Below the pieces are notes generated by a model. The model saw only the letters and a program-made list of their open reading frames with translations. It was not told the DNA's origin and did not search any database. The translations under genes were made by a program, and so were the position numbers. Below, piece by piece: positions 40,078-51,378 of a DNA stretch of 64,000 nucleotides. Source of the stretch: Thermodesulfobacteriota bacterium (GTDB taxonomy: Bacteria; Desulfobacterota; Binatia; Binatales; Binataceae). The stretch spans positions 12,795-76,794 of the forward strand of contig JBKPEA010000005.1 in assembly GCA_046728175.1 (NCBI GenBank), given 5' to 3'. Every line of letters starts with the position of its first letter. Position 1 is the first letter of the stretch.

Positions 40078-41045
40078 TCAGTCTCGCGGCCGTACCGCGC
40101 CCTCGAACAACATTCGCTCGATTCGATCGTGATCGTGAAAGAACTCCAGGTGGACCGCGGGCCGGACCGCGCAACACGCATGAACCTGAAGCGCCGGACA
40201 ACAATACGCCGACAGCGGAATCGATCGAGACTCACAAAGCGCCGCGACCCGGAGAAACCCCCTCAACCCCGCGCATCGCGATGCGTCGGCCTGCAAGACG
40301 TCGACCGCGCCGTGCGTGATCATCCGATTGAAATACGGAAGGTCATAATCGTATTCACCCGCCGCGATGTCCATCCCGGCCGGCGCGCGATCCCGCAGCA
40401 TCCGCAACCCATCCAGGTCGTCCGATGACACCGGTTCCTCGAACCAGCTAACACCGAACTCCTGCAACTGCTCGGCCAAGACCAGCGCTTGTTTGCGCTA
40501 GTAAGCCCCATTCGCATCCACGAAGAGAGCGGTCCGCGGTCCGATTGCCTGGCGCGCGGCCCTGACTCTGGCAGCATCCTGATCGGGTTCGCGCCCAATC
40601 TTCATTTTCACTTTCGTATACCCCCCGCCGCCCACTTCCCGAGTTGCTCTTGCAGCCGTGCACGGTCGTACGAAGTGAAACCGCCGCTGCCGTATACTTC
40701 GATGCGATCGCGAGCCGCGCCGAGCAGATCCACCAGGGGAATGATGCTTTCAGGTCCCCCAGCGCCGCATCGACCGCCGCGATCCCATCGAGCAAATTCC
40801 GGGACGTCCGAGATTCCGAACCGCGTGAACCATTGCCGACCAATTGCCGTCAATCTGCATTGCGTCGCGCTCGCGAATCAGGGGGGGCGAGCAGATCATG
40901 GATCACCACTGAAGTGGCGCGGTCCGCGCACGTATAGCCGACACCCCAATGACCCGCGGCTAAGACTTCAACCGTCACTATGGTCGTGGAATCCCACTCA
41001 AGCGTGCCGTCTGACTCTGGATAGTCGGTGGGAATGCGGCAAACG
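40078..41045 (-). pseudogene. Enolase-superfamily enzyme (mandelate racemase/muconate lactonizing family), frameshifted
   Basis: N-terminal RIPTDYPESDGTLEWDSTTIVTVEV, middle IIPLVDLLGAARDRIEVYG, C-terminal GVSWFEEPVSSDDLDGL..IAAGE in different frames. Confidence 0.6.
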
Positions 41046-41098
41046 GTGACCCGTGGTTTCTTCGACTTTGGCGACAGAGCTGCTCATCGCGCGCCGTT

Positions 41099-42840
41099 TC
41101 AGATCAGCTCGCGAATTCGGTCACCGAACACCGTGTACGCGATTTTTTCACGATTCGGCTCGCCCTTGATCAGCGATTCAGCGAAGTGCTTCGCCTGCTC
41201 GAAAGTCACCTTCGCCGGCATTGGCGGCTCAAGAGCATCCACTTCCGCCTCGATCAGGGCGGGACCCGGCTGGGCCAGCGCCTCCTCGAGGATTTGGCCG
41301 CATTGGGTCTGCTCCTTGATTGTGAAGCCCTGCGCCCCGCATGCGCGTGCGTACGCGGCGAAGTCGATCGGTTGAAGATCGACTCCATACTCGGGCACGC
41401 CCAAGAAGACCATCTGCTCCCATTTAATCTGTCCCAAGGTATTGTTCTTGACCACCACGATCTTGACCGGCAGTTGGTACTTCACGCAGGTCACCAGCTC
41501 GGCCATCAACATGGAGAATCCGCCGTCGCCGACAAACGCCACACATTGGCGATCCGGATACGCCACTTGCGCGCCGATCGCATATGGCAGCCCGCACGCC
41601 ATCGTCGCCAGGGTCCCTGACACCGAATGCATTTGGCCACGCTTGACGCGAATATGGCGCGCCCACCACGTGGTGATCGTTCCGGAATCGCAAGTCACGA
41701 TTGCGTCGGAACGCAGCCGCTGCCAAGCTCGTGCGCAACGACTTGCGGTTTCATCGGATGGTCCGCTCGTGTAGCGCGCCGCAACATCAACTCCTCCCAC
41801 TCGCGTGCCCCCTCCTGCGCTTTCTCGAGAAACGAGCGGTCCTCCTTGCGTTTGAGTAACGGGAGTAGAGCATCGAGCGCTTTCCGGCAGTCTCCGACCA
41901 ATCCCGACTCGACCGGATACCGGAGCCCAATACGGACCGCATTCAGATCGATCTGCACGGCGCGCGCCTGATCAGGCTTGGGCAGGAATTCGATGTACGG
42001 AAACGAGCTGCCCACGATTAACAAGGTGTCACAGCTTTCCATTGCATCCTGTGAAGGAGTCGTGCCGAGTAGACCGATTCCGCCTGTCGTGTACGGACTG
42101 TCATCCGGAACGCACGCTTTCCCGAGCAGTGCCTTGACGATCGGCGCGGCCAGCATCTCCGCGGTCTTTTCGAGCTCGTTGCCAGCGCCCAGGGCCCCCG
42201 CGCCGGCAAGAATCGTCACGCGCCTGCCTGCGTTCAGAATTTCGGCAGCCCGCCGCAGGTCATCCGGATTTGGAATCGAACCGGACCCTACAAAGCGCAG
42301 CGAGGTATGATGTGCCAGATTCCGCGCAGATCTCTGCTGCTTCGACATCATCTGCACGTCGGTCGGAATAGTCACGTGCGAAACACTGCGATAGGCAAGC
42401 GCTGTCCGGCACGCCAGATCCGTGACGGTCTCAACATGCTCGACTCCCATGACACGTGCGTTGTACGCGGCGACGTCCATGAAAAGCTTGTCGAGTTCGA
42501 CGTCCTGCTGCGAATGAGTACATAGCAGGTCGTGGTGGTGAAGCCCGGTTATTGCCAATACCGGAGCACCATCGAACTTTGCGTCGTAAAGTCCGTTCAG
42601 AAGATGGATACCGCCCGGGCCGGAAGTAGCGAGGCATACGCCAAGACGCCCCGTGAACTTCGCATACGCGCACGCCATGAGGGCCGCCGCCTCCTCGTGC
42701 CTGACCTGGACAAATCGGACAGTCTCCTGCTTTCTGCGCAGCGCTTCCATGACGCCATTGATGCCGTCGCCCGGCAACCCGAACACGGTATCGACGCCCC
42801 AAGCGACCAGTCTTTCGATGAGGATATCTGCTGCTGTCAT
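41099..42840 (-). pseudogene. Thiamine-diphosphate-dependent pyruvate oxidase/PoxB-like enzyme with one frameshift near 41740
   Basis: 394-aa N-terminal part (GVCLATSGPGGIHLLNGLYDA) and 233-aa C-terminal part (VAFVGDGGFSMLMAEL TPP motif) are in different frames but contiguous. Confidence 0.7.
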
Positions 42841-43119
42841 TTGCTTTCTTGTGAGATACCCAGGTCGAAAGCAAGACACAGGCCCGGTAAAACTGCTTCT
42901 AGACGCCGGTCAATTCGGCGATCACGGGCATTCGGAAGAAATTGCACACTCGCGTATCAAACCGAAATTCTTGTCACTTTTACTCAAACAATCGAATCTC
43001 GACCAAAGCTCACGGTACGCTTGCTTAAGTTTATTTGCTGCGTCGATTCACCGGTTCAGACATAATAAATGCCCCTACTCTTGCTGCTTACCGATCCGCA
43101 TCTGCATTTCCAAAAATCG

Positions 43120-43890
43120 ATGCCAGAGATTCGAATAGGAACTTCCGGCTGGAACTACCGCGAATGGCGCGGCAGCTTCTTTCCGGCTGATTTGCCAATG
43201 AGGAAGTGGCTCGCCTTCTACGCCACGCAGTTCAACTCGGTGGAGATCAACTACTCTTTCTATCGATTGCCTTCGGAGCAGACCTGCGAGTCATGGTACC
43301 TGCAGACACCGAACAGCTTCCGATTCGCGTTGAAAGCATCGCGGTATCTGACTCACATCAAGCGCCTCGTCGATGTACGCGATGCGTGGGACACCTTCCT
43401 CGCGCGCATCTCGACCCTGAAGCATAAGTTGGGGCCCATCCTGTTACAGTTCCCTTCGACATTCACTGCCACCAGCGATAATCTTCGATCACTGGCCTCC
43501 TTCCTCGAATATGCCGCACACCAGCAATCGGCGCCCCGACTCGCGATGGAATTTCGTGACGAGTCATGTTTTGGCAGCGCGACGCTGGCTGTTCTGAGGG
43601 AGCATCGGGCCGCCCTGGTGATCTCTCACTCCAGCAGGTATCCCGTCCCCGATTTGATCGCGACGGCGCCAATCAGCTACTTCAGGTTCCACGGACCACA
43701 AGCGATGTTCGCTTCTTCGTACCGGCCCGTGGAGCTTTCACGATGGGCCGCTCAGATCACTGAACGGATGCCAACTACACACTCGATTTACGCCTATTTC
43801 AATAACGATTCCGGGGGTCACGCACCGCGAAATGCCGCGATGCTGCGGCAGCAGGTAAAATCGCGATTGAAGGAAAGACGCGAGTCCTAG
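43120..43890 (+). CDS. DUF72 family protein (YecE-like)
   Basis: IRIGTSGWNYREWRGSFFP, YATQFNSVEINYSFYRLP, YAYFNND motifs. Confidence 0.8.
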   Translation: MPEIRIGTSGWNYREWRGSFFPADLPMRKWLAFYATQFNSVEINYSFYRLPSEQTCESWYLQTPNSFRFALKASRYLTHIKRLVDVRDAWDTFLARISTLKHKLGPILLQFPSTFTATSDNLRSLASFLEYAAHQQSAPRLAMEFRDESCFGSATLAVLREHRAALVISHSSRYPVPDLIATAPISYFRFHGPQAMFASSYRPVELSRWAAQITERMPTTHSIYAYFNNDSGGHAPRNAAMLRQQVKSRLKERRES

Positions 43891-43905
43891 ACCTGAGCTC
43901 AAGAA

Positions 43906-44862
43906 TCACTCGACCGGTCCGAGCAAGCGACCCGATGCAGCTTTCGAGGAGTCTCGGTCATTCGCCATTGCGAAGGTGGACGCAGAAAGCCGCCGACGCA
44001 ACCCCGCGTAATGCCGGCTTTTACGCATCGACTCGACGAAATCCCGCGCACTCTCCGCCAGGCGGATTTCCTTTTCCTTGATGCGACGAATGAGCTTCAC
44101 CGCGTTTGGATCGCGCGGAAGGTCCTCGAAGGTTTCGGCCGCCCGCTGCCCGAGCGTCAATTCATCATGCCACGCACCCACCCGATTCTGCACTTGCTTG
44201 AGCCAATCGGCGCCGCGCTCGAGTTCCGGGTCCGGGTACAACTTCAGCTCCAGTTTGAGTGCATAACGAAGACTTTTGGACTTGATCCTCACTTGATGCA
44301 GACCGGTGCTGGTATTGTCCCCAATGAAATCATCGATGCTTGCCAGCCATTTCTCCCAGCAATGTTTGATTAAACTGCGCAAATCCCGAACGAAATGTCC
44401 GGAGCCACACTCCTGCTTTGCCAGCTTCTTCAATTTCGAAGCCGTAGCCTTGACGGGCAGCGATCTTCGGACTCGGAAAAATCGCTTCGACGCCTGCCGA
44501 TGCGTCTTTTGTGTGCGCTTACTCAACGTGCGCCAATAGGGTCGCTCAGTGCGAGGCTCGCGTCGATGATGCACCTTGTCTATTTCAGCGAGCACTACAT
44601 CGGTATCCCGCCAATCGCCCAACACGTGGCGGAATTTCTGTAGCTTTCGACGCAGGCGTTTGGCTCTTCCCCCCTGGCTATTAATTCCGCAAGTCTCGAC
44701 CACCGCCTGAAGGTGGCGCGTGGCCTTGCGAAAATCATGCACTGCTTCCGAATCCGCTCTCTCGACAATGTCGTCGAATCGTTCTTCAAGTTGGCGCGCA
44801 CGTCGCTTCGCCTGGCGTCGGAATTCTTTTGCGAGTTCTTTGCGTTGAGACATAGCCGTCAC
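43906..44862 (-). CDS. CHAD domain-containing protein
   Basis: Helical, His/Arg-rich; VHDFRKATRHLQ and HQVRIKSKSLRYALKL CHAD-like repeats. Confidence 0.55.
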   Translation of the reverse strand: MTAMSQRKELAKEFRRQAKRRARQLEERFDDIVERADSEAVHDFRKATRHLQAVVETCGINSQGGRAKRLRRKLQKFRHVLGDWRDTDVVLAEIDKVHHRREPRTERPYWRTLSKRTQKTHRQASKRFFRVRRSLPVKATASKLKKLAKQECGSGHFVRDLRSLIKHCWEKWLASIDDFIGDNTSTGLHQVRIKSKSLRYALKLELKLYPDPELERGADWLKQVQNRVGAWHDELTLGQRAAETFEDLPRDPNAVKLIRRIKEKEIRLAESARDFVESMRKSRHYAGLRRRLSASTFAMANDRDSSKAASGRLLGPVE

Positions 44863-44872
44863 CGCCTTCTTC

Positions 44873-45938
44873 TCAGCGTCGAAAGGGCGGAATTTCGGTG
44901 CTGCGAATTCCAGTTCTCATCTGCTGCGGCATTGCTGCTCTGGTGGGCTGATGCGCGACGCGGCGATCGCCTCGAGTGACCTTCTCCTCGCGGCTGAAAT
45001 GCGGGACGATTTTCTCCGAGTAGAAGCGGAAGAAGTCGCGTTGATTGGGCCCCACCTGGTGGACGTATACGTGATCGAAACCCGCATCCATGAATGTCTG
45101 GACTCCAGCGATGTGCGTTTCAGGATCGGGACCGAGAGGCATGCCTTCTGTGATCTTGTCCGGGTCCATGATGGCGATCGCTTCCTCGAAGTGGGACGGC
45201 AGCGGCAGATCGGTCATTAAGTGTCCGCCAATTCCCGGGTTGGACCAGTATTTGCGCACCGCTCCTGCCGCTTCTTCTTCGCTGCGTGCCTAACATACGG
45301 TCAACTGACCGTACCGCGGTTTGCCCAGGCCGCCTGCGCGCTCGAAGCCGCACACGAGCTCTGAATTGGGTTCAAGACTGGTCAGGCCGTCGCCCACCCG
45401 CCCGGCCAGTTCGGCGGCGCCTGGCCTGCTCGCTGCGACCATGATCGAGGGCGGCTCACGGGAAGAGTGAAGATCCGGGGGCGATCGATCGTGAAGTATT
45501 TCCCCTCGTGCGTCTGCCATCCGCCGCGCCACAGCAAGCGAATTGCCGAGATCGCTTCTTCAAGCATCTCGAGCCATTGATGAGGCGTCGGCCAGCGCTT
45601 CCCGGTGATGTGCTCGTTGAGCTGTTCTCCGGTTCCCACTCCGAGAAAGAAGCGGCCAGGCAGCAGCGCGGCTGAGGTAGCCGCACCTTGGGCTACCAGT
45701 GCAGGACTTATCCGCATAGTCGGGCATGTGACCCCAAGCCTGAGCCGTTGCGTCGGCTGTGAAATGCCGCCTATCACGCTCCATACGAAAGGACTGTCCG
45801 GTTGCGGGTTTGTCCAGGATGAAAGTGATCCGAAATCAGCGAGAAATTGAAGCCCGCATCCTCGGCTTCTTGCGCGTAGGTGACGAGATCGGCAGGAGCA
45901 GTCTCCTCGCTGGAAAGAGAATATCCAAGTTCGGTCAT
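44873..45938 (-). pseudogene. LLM-class F420/flavin-dependent oxidoreductase (luciferase-like), fragmented in three or more frames
   Basis: MTELGYSLSSEE..FNFSLISDHFHP, RLRLGVTCPTMRISPALVAQ, FFLGVGTGEQLNEH, DHVYVHQVGPNQRDFFRFYSEKIVPHF segments in different frames. Confidence 0.6.
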
Positions 45939-46501
45939 GATGGGTGCTCCACGACGGCGACGACGATTCCCCTTTTCCCTGAAGCAAAGAACAGGCCCTA
46001 CGAAAGTTGGCGCCGCTCCGTCGGCGCTCGATGGTGATTCAGGAAGCCGGAATAAACTGCCGACTGACGCGTCAAAATTAGATTCTTCCCCGCATGAGCT
46101 CCAGTCCGCTATCCAAAGCTTGCTGACAAAGACAGATGCTTGAAGGCAGATCGCCCACCGATGCAATGCCGCGGTGCACTCTCTGCTTCTTTATTTCAAC
46201 ACGGCATCAGCCATGAGCAGTATTCCGCCAACTGATGAGGTGACCGGAATAACTTCGCTGATTCTCGCTTGCGATGGCGCTGCCGATTCTTGGAATCGTG
46301 GTGTATGGTTTTCGCAGTGGGATGGACTTCCCTCGGTTTCGGTTCATTCGGGGTAATGATCGCCGTCGCAATCGTTTATTATCTGATTCTCAGCGTCAGG
46401 TTGCGCCATCGCCAGCGCTAGTCGCGCAAATCCGCAAAAATAGGCAAACCATAGTATTGAATCGCGCTTGTTTCATCGCAAGTTTAACCTAGCTCTGGGA
46501 C

Positions 46502-47416
46502 CTAACGCATCGCTTCCAGATACTTTTGAGCTTTGCTTAGTGAAGTGGCACTTCGATCGATCCTAGACCATGCATCACCTTTTTTTGCGATACGACGCAG
46601 CACCGTTTTGATGCTGTACTTCTGCGCATTAAGGCCCTTTGCCAAGGCCTCCGGCCAGGTCAGTGGCGTCGCCACCGGAGCGCCTTCCCTTGCACGCACC
46701 GAGTATGGCGCTACCGCGGTTTGTGCGCGCGAGTTTCGCAGGTAGTCGAGGAAGATCCTCCTGCCGCGCCGCTCCTTACGTTGTTCCACTGTCAGCTCCC
46801 GCGGATGCCGCTTCGCCATCAGGGTGGCAAGCTCCCGCGCAAAATCATGGACCCTGTCGAAGTCCGCGGATCGGTCCAGGGGCACCACGATATGCATTCC
46901 GCGCGATCCGGTAATTTGCGCAAAAGAGGTCAACTCCAAATCGTCCAGCATCTGCTTGAACGTGCGCGCCGCCGACTGCACCGCGGCGAAATCAGCCGTG
47001 GATGGATCCAGGTCGATTATCATCCGGTCGGGATGGTCGATCCTATCGCGCCGGGAGAGACCCGAGTGAATCGTGATGCAATTTTGCTCGGCCAGGTAAA
47101 TCAGCGTGGCGGCATCGTCGGCCACGACCTCGGTAACCTTGCCGCCGATCTTCCGAAGCGCGACCCGGTCGATCCAGCGCGGAAAATATTCGGGAACTTC
47201 CCGATTGAAAAAGCCCTGCCGCCCGATTCCGTCAGGATAGCGCTCCATGATCAGGGGCCGGCCCGTGACATGCGGCACCATCACTTTCGCGACCTCTGCA
47301 TAGTATTCGACCAGCTCAGCCTTGGTGATTCCGCTCTTTGCGAACAGGACTTTGTCGGGATGGGTCAGCTTGACCACATGGCCGCCGGCGCGAATGTCGA
47401 TGGTCTTTGTCCTCAT
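46502..47416 (-). CDS. ligD: LigD polymerase/primase (PrimPol-like) domain protein
   Basis: VVKLTHPDKVLF, ITGSRGMHIVVPL, RGRRIFLDYLRNSRAQTAVAPYSVRAREGAPVATPLTW motifs. Confidence 0.8.
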   Translation of the reverse strand: MRTKTIDIRAGGHVVKLTHPDKVLFAKSGITKAELVEYYAEVAKVMVPHVTGRPLIMERYPDGIGRQGFFNREVPEYFPRWIDRVALRKIGGKVTEVVADDAATLIYLAEQNCITIHSGLSRRDRIDHPDRMIIDLDPSTADFAAVQSAARTFKQMLDDLELTSFAQITGSRGMHIVVPLDRSADFDRVHDFARELATLMAKRHPRELTVEQRKERRGRRIFLDYLRNSRAQTAVAPYSVRAREGAPVATPLTWPEALAKGLNAQKYSIKTVLRRIAKKGDAWSRIDRSATSLSKAQKYLEAMR

Positions 47417-48414
47417 ACGGACGCCCGCTCGCGAACGATTTCGCGTGGGCGCTTGTCGTAGCGCAGCCCGCGGAAACTAGGATGCCGGAGTTTTCCGTCC
47501 CGCGTCCATTCCGAGAATGCAAATTCCCCCATCAGCCGCGGCGCGATCCAGGTCGCGTGCCGCTCCCCGACTTCATCGAGGAATGGACGTTCCCTTCGTC
47601 GCATACGATTCATTCGTTCGCGCAGCTTCAACCGCGTCGATACGCTGAATCCCGTTCCGACTTTTCCGGCGTACCGAAGTCTGCCGTCCTGGTAGTAACC
47701 GACCAGTAACGCTCCGAAGCCTTTCGCGCTGCCGCGCGGCTCCGTGAAGCCGCCGATGACGAGTTCCTGCCCCTGCGAGCATTTGAACTTGAGCCAGTTC
47801 GGAGAGCGGCCCGAGACATACGGAGAATCGGCACGTTTGGCGAGCAAGCCCTCCCACCCTCTGGCGCAGGCTTCCGCGAAATATCTCTCCCCATGTTTCT
47901 GCCGATGCGCAGTGAATCGAATGGGGGCATCGAAGCTGAGCGCCCCCCGCAATAGCTCTTTACGCTCCAGCAACGGCAACGCGCTCGTGTCGTAGCGATC
48001 AAGATAGAGCAAGTCGAAGAGATAGAAGAACACGCGGACTTTGCTCTGGCTCGCCTCCTGGGATCGAATCTGCATCCGCTCCTGCAACTTCATAAAGCTG
48101 GTTTGCGACCCGGAAAATGCCACCACTTCGCCATCAACGGCGAAGCTCTGCGGGAGCTGCTTCCGGAGCGCTTCGGCCAGTTCCGGGTAGGTCTGATTGA
48201 GATCCTTCCGATTGCGGCTCATCAACTGGACTCGCCTGCCGGAAACGAACGCGAGCACCCGCTGCCCATCAAATTTCCGCTCGAAAATCCAATCCGGATT
48301 GGAAAAGCGGGTCTGCGTAAGCGTCGCCAGCATCGGTGAGATCCAGCGCGGAGCCGAAGCGGCCTTGAGCAGCGCGCGACTTGCGGGTGGTAATTGACGC
48401 ACCGGATCGGTCAT
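47413..48414 (-). CDS. ligD: ATP-dependent DNA ligase (LigD ligase domain)
   Basis: ERKFDGQR KxDG adenylation motif, EGLLAKR, WLKFK; 4-nt overlaps with both flanking genes. Confidence 0.85.
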   Translation of the reverse strand: MTDPVRQLPPASRALLKAASAPRWISPMLATLTQTRFSNPDWIFERKFDGQRVLAFVSGRRVQLMSRNRKDLNQTYPELAEALRKQLPQSFAVDGEVVAFSGSQTSFMKLQERMQIRSQEASQSKVRVFFYLFDLLYLDRYDTSALPLLERKELLRGALSFDAPIRFTAHRQKHGERYFAEACARGWEGLLAKRADSPYVSGRSPNWLKFKCSQGQELVIGGFTEPRGSAKGFGALLVGYYQDGRLRYAGKVGTGFSVSTRLKLRERMNRMRRRERPFLDEVGERHATWIAPRLMGEFAFSEWTRDGKLRHPSFRGLRYDKRPREIVRERASV

Positions 48415-49052
48415 GCGTGCGGGCCGCCGTGCTGAGCCATTTGCTCGACTGTCTTTCCGCTGACTACCGATGTCCGCTCCTTTCGGACGGGTTCCTTACG
48501 CGTACTCGCGTTTTCATCGCGGCCCTTGATAAGAAACCAGCGCCGCTCGCGGCCCCGTCCTACTCGTTGCAAGACAAATCGGCCCTTGAGCTTCTTGCCC
48601 AAAAGTTCAAAGACCAGGTGTCCGTCCCGAATAGCGCGACCGGCGTCCTTGATCGTTTCCGCAGGTCCGCGAGTCACATTTTTCCAGGTGCCACGATCCC
48701 ATACGATTACGGCGCCGGCGCCGTATTGCTTGGCAGGGATGACGCCCTCGAATTGAGCGTAGTCTATCGGATGATCTTCGGTCGGAACCGCCAGGCGCTT
48801 CACCTTGGGATCGATGGAAGGTCCTTTGGGAACCGCCCACGATTTCAGGACATCGTCCACCTCCAGCCGGAAATCATAGTGCATCGCCCGCGCATCATGT
48901 TGCTGGATAACGAACACCGGTTTCCCGCCGGGGTTATGCGCGCGCCCACGCGGCTCCGGAGTCTTGGCGAAGTCGCGCTTACGCTTATAAGTCTTGATGC
49001 TCATTGCATGGTATTGTTTTCTTGATTTATCTTCGTCGCGAATCAGCGGCAT
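48411..49052 (-). CDS. ligD: LigD 3'-phosphoesterase domain protein
   Basis: FVIQQHDARAMHYDFRLE, LKSWAVPKGPS, EDHPIDYAQFEGVIP motifs. Confidence 0.8.
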   Translation of the reverse strand: MPLIRDEDKSRKQYHAMSIKTYKRKRDFAKTPEPRGRAHNPGGKPVFVIQQHDARAMHYDFRLEVDDVLKSWAVPKGPSIDPKVKRLAVPTEDHPIDYAQFEGVIPAKQYGAGAVIVWDRGTWKNVTRGPAETIKDAGRAIRDGHLVFELLGKKLKGRFVLQRVGRGRERRWFLIKGRDENASTRKEPVRKERTSVVSGKTVEQMAQHGGPHA

Positions 49053-49231
49053 TTTTATTTAGGTCCGCGTGCTGTCATGATCGCGCGCATGCGATTCCCG
49101 ACACTGTTATGGCCGCAGTGGCATACTGACGCGCCTTCATCGCGTATATCTGACTCGCATTCGTCGGAACAGTACTTTTCGACCGCTCGTAGCGGCGCAG
49201 TTTCAGAGCTTGTGTGAGCATTTAATCATCT

Positions 49232-49271
49232 TTTGGATGTGGGAATGACCCTTTGGATGTGGGAATGACCC
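49232..49271. repeat. Perfect tandem direct repeat 2 x 20 bp (TTTGGATGTGGGAATGACCC) plus partial third copy
   Basis: Seen directly in the 417-bp intergenic region between ligD-PE (-) and the 49470 gene (+). Confidence 0.7.
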
Positions 49272-49469
49272 TTTGATTGACAGCATCATCCATGCCATCG
49301 CTGTGTTCCGCTCATTACCTTTGCCTTTGTTTGCTTGAATTGTGATCTAGCGAGCGGATACCCACATCCGGTTTCAGCCGCATCGCCAGGCTGTATTTCG
49401 ACATACATCGGGAAATGCTTTTCCGGCACAGTCCATGCTTAATCTGAAATTCCGAAAGGAGAATCCATT

Positions 49470-49727
49470 ATGAATAGCAGATTTTTTATCATCGCCCTCG
49501 TCATCGCATCATTACTCGGCTCGACCGCCTGCTTTAGTTACAAAAAGGAAGTAAACGAAACACCGCCTTCCTCTACCACGGTCGTACAGCCGCCTTCCTC
49601 CACCACGGTGGTTCAGCCCGTCAATCCGACGTCCAGCACGACTTCCCAGACCAGCACCACTACTGACAGCGAAGGGAACACCGTCGAACGGAACCGTTCG
49701 ACTACAACGACCACGCCGGGTTACTGA
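49470..49727 (+). CDS. Small secreted Ser/Thr/Pro-rich protein with internal PPSSTTVVQP repeat
   Basis: Signal peptide; tandem 10-aa repeat; 85 aa. Confidence 0.4.
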   Translation: MNSRFFIIALVIASLLGSTACFSYKKEVNETPPSSTTVVQPPSSTTVVQPVNPTSSTTSQTSTTTDSEGNTVERNRSTTTTTPGY

Positions 49728-50229
49728 CAACTTCCAGCAATTCGCTTGATCGACACGCGTTCAGCGCTCGTCCGGCTCGTCGCGCCAGCAAGAATTTCCC
49801 GGTTCACACCGCCTCGAGCCGGATTGGAAAACCCGACGCCTAGGTCAGGCCTGAGCAGGGCAGTTGCTCAGGTTTCCTCCTCAGACGCACAGAGTGTCAA
49901 ATGGCAAGAGCAAACACTGACCACAATAGCACTCAAAGATCGGCGTCACGCGACCGTAGACAAACGCCGATTTGGCAGGAGTGGCTACACGATTTCCTGT
50001 TAGAGATGCTCGCAGTCGAAATAGACGGCTTAAAGCTTTACGAAAAAAGATCAGCGAAATCCATCATACGGAATTTGTAAATAGGCTCACCGAATTTCTT
50101 CACCAGACAGATTCCATGTTGAAGTATGTACAGAAATGTTGACCGCGTCTGGAGCGAGCGCCGACTATCGGAGCGCGGGTGCTGAAGCGGCCGATCACAA
50201 GGCTCAAGGACTCATCTCCACTAAGCTAC

Positions 50230-50514
50230 CGCTAAGGTACCGCACGAGCTGACCGACCTGAACAACATCGAAAATCTAGTCCTCGCCGAGACCAAGGATT
50301 ATTGGAACTGGGAGACGCTCGCATCGCTCGAAAAGAAGATTGCGATCCCGAGCTGAGGGGCATGGTCCCTCGAGCAGTCCGCGAGGTGCGCGCACAAGAA
50401 AAGACTCATCTGCACTGGAACGAGCGCACTCTTACCACCTTGGCAATGGAAGCAGCGATGAAGGGGCCGGCAGTCGTCGAAACCGAAGCTACGGAGCATA
50501 CTGACTTGGGCTAA
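50230..50514 (+). pseudogene. Second degraded DUF892/YciF-like fragment (paralog of the 38079-38560 remnant)
   Basis: NIENLVLAETKDYWNWETL and EKTHLHWNERTLTTLAMEAAMKG parallel the AIENIILAETKDHADWELL / EEEEHLQWTQEQFSRLEMG segments of the other copy. Confidence 0.3.
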
Positions 50515-51378
50515 AGGAGGCCTTCCGAGTGGCGACCACGAAAGAGCGACGGCGGCGCGCCAGAATATCGAGAAGGCTGCGGCAGCGGCGTACAGGAAAC
50601 GGACTATCGCTAACTGCCGAAGTCAATTGGTACCGAACTGGGCAAGAACTGCGCCGCCGCCCGCAAGAACCGCGCTCATTAAAGGCAGGAATAACCGTGA
50701 AGTTGGAAGAGCTGCGCAACGGACTCCGGTTTGGGTACCGGGTGGGAAGGGGATAGATTCCGGCGACCGTAACCCGGCTCGATCAAAGCGAGACGTTTCC
50801 CAAATTCAAAACCTGGCCGCGGGAGCGATCCGATTGTCACGGTGGAAATTTGTCTCGATAACGATCGCGCAAAGCCTCAATTTGAAAAGGTCAATGCGTG
50901 CCTCTGCGCACCCCCGAGCCCGCGTCGACAGGTAAGGATAGACCATGCACCATTGACGAGCTGCGGATTGGCAGGCGCATCGTCTTTCCGTTTGATTTCG
51001 GTTTCGTTCTTTCGATGTTCGCTGAAGATCGCGGAATAGGATAAGCCGACCCTTGTCCGTCCTCGTCGGACTAAAAGGAATGCGTAGAATTTTCCGGCTT
51101 CTACGGGTAGTGAATCGCTCCTGATACGGGGCGCCAAGGTAATGGCGAATCGAACCTGTCGCGTGAGTCCCTGGTTTGATCAGCACGAGCCTTAATGTCA
51201 TCGGTTTCGGTTTGCGATTCAGAGGAACAATCTCGGAGACGGAATAATTTCCGAACTCATGCCATCACTCATTTAGCGAGCGATATCCTTGATTCTTCTT
51301 GTCGTAAAATCGCTTGGCATCAGCCTTGCACCCATTCTCTATGAGCTTCGGCTCGAGAGTTTCTACGAGGCGCAGAAA

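Noticed and set aside
46345-46410. 21-codon hydrophobic mini-ORF (MIAVAIVYYLILSVRLRHRQR) with a GGGG RBS-like run upstream
   Set aside because: Too short to support from sequence alone. It is kept only as a note.
49232-49271. CRISPR array
   Set aside because: There are only two and a half copies of a 20-bp unit with no spacers. No cas genes lie anywhere in the window.
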